From: Patescibacteria group bacterium
GTDB taxonomy: Bacteria; Patescibacteriota; Minisyncoccia; Minisyncoccales; UBA5738
Assembly (NCBI GenBank): GCA_034678605.1
Contig: JAXDBQ010000039.1
Coordinates: 1,172 to 65,171, forward strand
Direction: 5' to 3'
DNA length: 64,000 bases
Below, piece by piece: positions 59,706 through 64,000 of the stretch. The notes beneath the pieces were generated by a model, which was not told the origin of the DNA, ran no database searches, and was given only the letters and a program-made list of their open reading frames with translations. The first letter of the stretch is position 1; each line of letters starts with the position of its first letter. A program made the position numbers and the translations under genes.

Positions 59706-60320
59706 ATGGTGATGGAATATAATTCGAAAATCCATCATCGGAGGTCGATTCGCGCCCAAGGATATGATTATTCGCGGGATAGCGCGTATTTTGTGACGAT
59801 ATGCGCGCAGGATATGAAGTGCGTGTTTGGGAATATCGAAAGAGGGGAGATGAGATTGAATGGGGCGGGAGAGATGGTTGATTTTTGGTGGCGGGAATTA
59901 CCCAATAAGTTCCAAAATATCCGGCTTGACGAATTTACGGTGATGCCGAACCATTTTCACGGGATTTTGGTTGTAGGGGCGATTCTATGTAATCGCCCTG
60001 AGCCCGTAATTTTGAATTCGGATTTTGATGCGGGCGAAAACATAGTTTCGCCCCTACGGAAAATACAAAATGCAAATGCAAAAATTCCAAATACATACGC
60101 CGGTTTAGGACAATATGTTTCTTGGTTTAAACGAATGACGACCAATGAATATATCCGCAATGTTAAAATCGGCAAATTCCCGCCGTTCGAAAAATCGGTT
60201 TGGCAGAGGAATTATTGGGAGCATATTATTCGCGACGATGATGAGTTGGACCGCATCCGCGGATATATTGTCGATAATCCGTCAAATTGGGAAATCGATG
60301 AATTTTATTCGCAGAAATAA
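59706..60320 (+). CDS. REP-associated tyrosine transposase-like protein (RAYT; IS200/IS605 Y1 HUH superfamily, COG1943)
   Basis: YFVTICAQD, the HUH motif in MPNHFHGILVV, and the C-terminal catalytic-Tyr region RNYWEHIIRDDDELDRIRGYIVDNP. It contains a complete R1 element in frame. Confidence 0.8.
   Translation: MVMEYNSKIHHRRSIRAQGYDYSRDSAYFVTICAQDMKCVFGNIERGEMRLNGAGEMVDFWWRELPNKFQNIRLDEFTVMPNHFHGILVVGAILCNRPEPVILNSDFDAGENIVSPLRKIQNANAKIPNTYAGLGQYVSWFKRMTTNEYIRNVKIGKFPPFEKSVWQRNYWEHIIRDDDELDRIRGYIVDNPSNWEIDEFYSQK
59982..60056. repeat. R1 REP-like element, copy e, inside the RAYT-like CDS
   Basis: gtaggggcgattctatgtaatcgccc ... gggcgaaaacatagtttcgcccctac, followed by the tail ggaaaatacaaaatgcaaatgc. 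It translates to VGAILCNRPEPVILNSDFDAGENIVSPLRKIQNANA. Confidence 0.85.
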
Positions 60321-60434
60321 TGCGGGCAACCACAAGGGTTGCCCCTACGATGTAAATGCTAATTCTGGATTATTTCGGGGCGTGTGTTATGTTAAAAACA
60401 CAATAATAGGAATAATCAAAAACGTAAATTTGTA

Positions 60435-60484
60435 GAGGTCAGACCTCGGCGTGCTCGCCGAGGACTGACCTCGAATGCAAATGC
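60435..60484. repeat. R3 nested-hairpin element, copy 1
   Basis: gaggtcag a cctcggcg tgct cgccgagg a ctgacctc gaatgcaaatgc. Confidence 0.8.
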
Positions 60485-60499
60485 GCGATCAAAAAATCT

Positions 60500-60748
60500 A
60501 TGGCGGCAAAACAAACAAAGAGGGAGGAGTTCAAGGTTTCCGGGGAGAAGGTGATCGAGAAGGTCAAAGAATTGATCAAAGAGGGTAATGTGCGCCGGAT
60601 AATCATCATCAACGAAAAAGGCGAAACATTGGTCGAAATTCCGCTCACATTCGTGGTGGTGGGCACGGCCTTGGCGCCGGTGCTGGCCGCCGTCGGGGCG
60701 TTGGCGGCGCTGATCGCCAACTGCACGATCGTGGTGGAGAGAAAATAA
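60500..60748 (+). CDS. DUF4342-family protein
   Basis: FKVSGEKVIEKVKELIKEGNVRRIIIINEKGETLVEIPLTFVVVGTALAPVLAAVGALAALIANCTIVVER. Confidence 0.65.
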   Translation: MAAKQTKREEFKVSGEKVIEKVKELIKEGNVRRIIIINEKGETLVEIPLTFVVVGTALAPVLAAVGALAALIANCTIVVERK

Positions 60749-60749
60749 T

Positions 60750-61250
60750 ATGCCCATACATTTAAATTACCAGGGGACGACATGCAAAAAGTGCGGGGCG
60801 GAATTCATTGCTCACCGGGTCGGCTGTTCTTGCCCGCGGTGCCAAACCGCGGCCGCGGAAGTTTTTGATTTCGTGCCGGCAACTATCGCTACGATGAAAG
60901 ACCACAAGCAGATGTACGGCAATTATTTTCCGGACAGCTGGTTTTCGGGATCAGCGGCCGACATCGTCCAGGGAATAATTTTTGAATTGTTCGACAATTT
61001 CGAGATCGAAAAGCCCAAAGATATGCTGGCGTTCATCGTGGAACAGCTGGCGCAGGTGGAATGGGAGGAAGGTCAGGAACATTTGGCCGGCCAAACCGAG
61101 CAGATCGCTTTGGAAGTTTTCGAGATATACAAAACCGATCCGGATTTCCGCGGCGACGTGCTCAAGGAAAAACCGCTCAATCCGAAACTGGAAAATTTGA
61201 ATCCAAAATCGGATACCCCGCTTGATATTGACAACAACATTGGTTTTTAA
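60750..61250 (+). CDS. Hypothetical protein with an N-terminal Zn-ribbon (CKKC...CPRC)
   Basis: It starts 2 nt after the preceding stop. It has a four-Cys ribbon and an acidic helical remainder. Confidence 0.4.
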   Translation: MPIHLNYQGTTCKKCGAEFIAHRVGCSCPRCQTAAAEVFDFVPATIATMKDHKQMYGNYFPDSWFSGSAADIVQGIIFELFDNFEIEKPKDMLAFIVEQLAQVEWEEGQEHLAGQTEQIALEVFEIYKTDPDFRGDVLKEKPLNPKLENLNPKSDTPLDIDNNIGF

Positions 61251-61346
61251 TAGGCGGGATAATTTTTGTCGTTTTCTTTTTGCCTTGAAACGAGGGCGTT
61301 TTTTGTATAATATCAAGGATAAGCGAATTTGAGGTGCGAGTTTGAC

Positions 61347-61397
61347 GAGGTCAGACCTCGGCGATTACGCCGAGGACTGACCTCAAATGCGAAATTC
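61347..61397. repeat. R3 nested-hairpin element, copy 2 (same orientation as copy 1)
   Basis: gaggtcag a cctcggcg atta cgccgagg a ctgacctc aaatgcgaaattc. Confidence 0.8.
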
Positions 61398-61424
61398 AAA
61401 TTCAAGTTAAATCAAAAATCCAAA

Positions 61425-61931
61425 ATGCGAAATTCGGAAAACATAATTAAGGGGAGGTTGGCGGAGAGCTTGGTGGAGCAGATGCTGAAGGCAAGCGGTT
61501 GCCGGGTTTACCGTTTGGGCGCCGCCGCGGTGCTGGAAACGATTGTCCAGCTGGAAGATGAATTTTCAAAAGATAGCGCGGCGGGCAAAAAGGTTGCTTC
61601 AATTCCGGATTTTATGGTGATGGGCATGCGCGAAAGGCCGGTGTTCGTGGAGGTGAAATTCCGCGCCGAACCCGAGTCGCTGGAAGAGGAACTGCTGTTG
61701 GAAAAAGACGCGCCCGAGGGTTTTTGGGGCGCCAAGATCGTGTTGGTGACCAACAAGCAAAAACCATATTTTCGCGTGCTTGAGCCGCCCTATTTTTCCA
61801 AGGAAGAGCGCGACGGCTGGCCCATTCCGGTGGCCAACTGGAAGCCGCTGGAAAAGGATGTTGATTTGGGATGCGATGAAAAAATCATCAAAGAATTTGA
61901 AGAGCTGGTGGAGAAATATTACTCGAAATAA
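61425..61931 (+). CDS. Hypothetical protein, possibly PD-(D/E)XK nuclease fold
   Basis: IPDFMVMGMRERPVFVEVKFR resembles a D...E-x-K core. ATG at 61425; the longer call runs through repeat R3. Confidence 0.4.
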   Translation: MRNSENIIKGRLAESLVEQMLKASGCRVYRLGAAAVLETIVQLEDEFSKDSAAGKKVASIPDFMVMGMRERPVFVEVKFRAEPESLEEELLLEKDAPEGFWGAKIVLVTNKQKPYFRVLEPPYFSKEERDGWPIPVANWKPLEKDVDLGCDEKIIKEFEELVEKYYSK

Positions 61932-62054
61932 TTTTTAATTTTCAATTTTAAATTTTTAAACAAGATCTAATTTTTAAAATTTAAATATTAAAAATTGTTT
62001 ACAAATTAAAAATTACAAATTAAAAATTTTGGCAATAGGAAAGGTAAAAATTTT
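61932..62054. repeat. Word family F spacer (aaaatt/taaaaa words)
   Basis: ttttaattttcaattttaaatttttaaac ... tttttaaaatttaaatattaaaaattgtttacaaattaaaaattacaaattaaaaatttt. Confidence 0.6.
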
Positions 62055-64000
62055 ATGGAAAAAATAGCAAACAAAAATAATAAAGATTATCGGCCGGAGG
62101 TCATTGAACCCAAGTGGCAGAAATTCTGGGAGGAAGGCGGGGCGGATATCGCGCCGGATTTTTCGGACAAACCCAAATTCTACAATCTGGACATGTTCCC
62201 GTATCCTTCGGGCGCGGGTCTGCACGTGGGGCATTTCAAGGGCTACGCGGCCAATGATGTGGTGGCGCGCGCCAAGCGGATGATGGGTTATAATGTCCTG
62301 CATCCCATGGGCTGGGACGCGTTCGGCCTGCCCGCGGAAAACTATGCCATCAAAACCGGCATCCATCCATCGATAACCACGGCCAAGAATATCGAAAATA
62401 TCAAGCGGCAGATGAAAATGGTCGGGTTGAGCTATGACTGGTCGCGCGAGATCAACACCACCGATCCGGAATATTACAAATGGACGCAGTGGATATTCTT
62501 GCAGTTATTCAAAAAAGGTTTGGCCTATGAATCGGAATTGCCGATCAATTGGTGTCCGTCTTGCAAAACCGGTTTGGCCAACGAGGAGGTGGTCGGGGGC
62601 AATTGCGAGCGGTGCGGCGCCGCGGCCGAAAAAAAGAATTTGCGCCAATGGGTGCTGAAGATCACTGCCTATGCCGACCGTTTGCTGACGGATCTGGAAG
62701 GGTTGGATTGGCCGGAAAAGATCATTGAAATGCAAAAAAACTGGATCGGCAAAAGCGAAGGCGCCGAAATCAATTTTAAAATCAAAAACTCCGATAAAAT
62801 CATAAAAGTGTTCACCACGCGGCCGGACACGCTTTTTGGCTGCACCTATCTGGTGCTGGCGCCCGAACATCCGTTGGTTGAAGAGCTAAAAAATAAAATC
62901 GGTAATTACCCGGAAGTTGAAAAGTATGTCGCGGCGGCCAAGCAAAAAATGGATTTGGAACGGATCAGCGAGGTCAAAGATAAAACCGGCGTGCGGCTTG
63001 AGGGCATGATCGCGATCAATCCGACCAATGGCCGGGAAATCTCGGTTTGGGTCGCGGATTATGTTTTGATGAATTACGGCACGGGCGCGATCATGGCGGT
63101 GCCCGCGCACGACGCGCGGGACTTTGAGTTTGCCAAAAAATACGACTTGGAAATAATTGAAGTCATCAAGCCGGACGCGGGCGGAGAATTGCCCTATGAA
63201 GGCGCGGGCGCGCTGGTTAATTCCGGCAAGTTTGACGGCATCGCTTCGCAGGCGGCAAAAAATAAGATCGTTGAATGGTTGGCCCAAAGCGGTAATGCCA
63301 AAACAACCATCAATTACAAATTGCGGGACTGGGTATTTTCGCGCCAGCGCTATTGGGGCGAGCCGATTCCGCTGGTGCATTGCGCCAAATGCGGCATTGT
63401 GCCGGTGCCGGAAAGCGAATTGCCGGTGAAATTGCCGCAAGTCGACAGATACCAGCCGACCGGGACCGGCGAATCGCCGTTGGCCGTGATCAGCGAATGG
63501 GTGAACGTCGAATGCCCAAAATGCGGCGAGCTGGCTAAAAGGGAAACCAACACCATGCCGCAATGGGCCGGATCGTCATGGTATTATTTGCGCTATATCG
63601 ATTGCAAAAATCCGGACGCGATCGCGGACGCGAAAAAGGAAAAATACTGGATGCCGGTGGACCTTTATGTGGGCGGAGCCGAGCACGCGGTTTTGCATTT
63701 GCTCTACGCGCGGTTTTGGCACAAGTTTTTGTTCGACCTGAAAGTTGTTTCTACCAAAGAACCATTCCAAAAATTGCGAAGCATCGGCATCGTGCTGGCT
63801 GAGGATGGGCAAAAAATGTCAAAATCAAAAGGCAACGTGGTGAATCCCGACGATATTGTGGCCGAATTCGGCGCCGACACTTTGCGGGTCTATGAATTAT
63901 TTATGGGGCCATTTGACCAAGCCATCGCGTGGTCGACCGACAGCGTGCGGGGTAGCCGCAAATTTTTGGGCCGGGCATGGAATTTGGTGTTGGAATGCGC
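62055..64000 (+). CDS. leuS: Leucyl-tRNA synthetase (3' end outside window)
   Basis: ATG at 62055; the frame stays open to the window end (absent from the ORF track). It carries [22 protein letters not shown] (HIGH), a CP1 editing region, and KMSKSKGN (KMSKS) near 63816. Confidence 0.95.
   Translation, partial: MEKIANKNNKDYRPEVIEPKWQKFWEEGGADIAPDFSDKPKFYNLDMFPYPSGAGLHVGHFKGYAANDVVARAKRMMGYNVLHPMGWDAFGLPAENYAIKTGIHPSITTAKNIENIKRQMKMVGLSYDWSREINTTDPEYYKWTQWIFLQLFKKGLAYESELPINWCPSCKTGLANEEVVGGNCERCGAAAEKKNLRQWVLKITAYADRLLTDLEGLDWPEKIIEMQKNWIGKSEGAEINFKIKNSDKIIKVFTTRPDTLFGCTYLVLAPEHPLVEELKNKIGNYPEVEKYVAAAKQKMDLERISEVKDKTGVRLEGMIAINPTNGREISVWVADYVLMNYGTGAIMAVPAHDARDFEFAKKYDLEIIEVIKPDAGGELPYEGAGALVNSGKFDGIASQAAKNKIVEWLAQSGNAKTTINYKLRDWVFSRQRYWGEPIPLVHCAKCGIVPVPESELPVKLPQVDRYQPTGTGESPLAVISEWVNVECPKCGELAKRETNTMPQWAGSSWYYLRYIDCKNPDAIADAKKEKYWMPVDLYVGGAEHAVLHLLYARFWHKFLFDLKVVSTKEPFQKLRSIGIVLAEDGQKMSKSKGNVVNPDDIVAEFGADTLRVYELFMGPFDQAIAWSTDSVRGSRKFLGRAWNLVLEC

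Noticed and set aside
60416-60783. Minus-strand ORFs 60416-60757 and 60439-60783 lie opposite the DUF4342 gene.
   Set aside because: They are shadow frames of a motif-supported + strand gene, and they begin inside the R3 repeat.
3726-61424. The ORF track gives N-terminal extensions that run into repeats (starts at 3726, 9994, 11535, 16777, 20626, 24036, 26889, 35438, 51340, 57061, 61329).
   Set aside because: The extensions translate the word hairpins or R-elements (recurrent pseudo-peptides FEIRISN, FDIRYCFGFRYSIFEF, ALRFKFF, EVRPRRLRRGLTS). An in-frame ATG coincides with the start of family homology in every case.
2370-62054. I considered whether the short-period repeats in spacers are CRISPR arrays.
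   Set aside because: There is no alternation of a constant 24-40 nt repeat with unique spacers. The units are 6-8 nt words arranged as two complementary arms. No cas genes are present in the window.
2605-63563. Many long antisense ORFs in the track lie opposite well-supported genes (e.g. 2605-3333, 4581-5309, 6208-6816, 7579-8403, 10450-11175, 16852-17565, 22897-23598, 32668-33543, 34111-35007, 45091-45831, 62886-63563).
   Set aside because: Each lies fully inside a gene with clear family motifs on the other strand. Their translations are R/H/G/P-rich low-complexity strings typical of shadow frames in GC-rich coding DNA. None shows a recognisable motif or an RBS.

Overview
This is a gene-dense 64-kb bacterial window, mostly transcribed on the + strand. 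Bacterial markers include GyrA, LeuS, RlmN, YbaB, HtrA and bacterial-type tRNAs without encoded CCA. Gene content and style suggest an uncultivated small-genome lineage (CPR/Patescibacteria-like): tandem TrbC/VirB2-type pilin genes, many archaeal-flavoured enzymes, and spacers completely filled by structured repeats. This lineage assignment is inference only. I support about 73 CDS, 4 tRNAs, 1 candidate ncRNA and several dozen repeat copies. LeuS (62055 to the window end) is missing from the supplied ORF track because it is open-ended. There are four main themes. (1) Bases 1-18375 form a lipid module: thiolase, DUF35-DUF362 fusion, FabG, CFA synthase, FabZ-FabK fusion, FabK, two PlsC, and a biotin-dependent acyl-CoA carboxylase with BirA. 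No ketoacyl-ACP synthase, ACP or FabD is visible in the window. The carboxylase operon is split by an AT-richer m5C restriction-modification/Vsr/BRO-N island. (2) Archaeal-type genes are scattered through the window: DUF359 dephospho-CoA kinase, CDP-archaeol synthase homolog, Elp3, DUF763, plus a type 1 IDI. (3) The non-coding architecture is unusual. Nearly every spacer is a long imperfect hairpin built from 6-8 nt words. Some genes and a tRNA sit inside such hairpins. (4) There is a RAYT-like HUH transposase and a MITE/REP-like superfamily with covarying nested hairpins. Short GC palindromes are inserted in frame into housekeeping genes (rlmN, elp3, DUF763). All functional calls come from motif recognition in the translations by eye. 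No database search was run.
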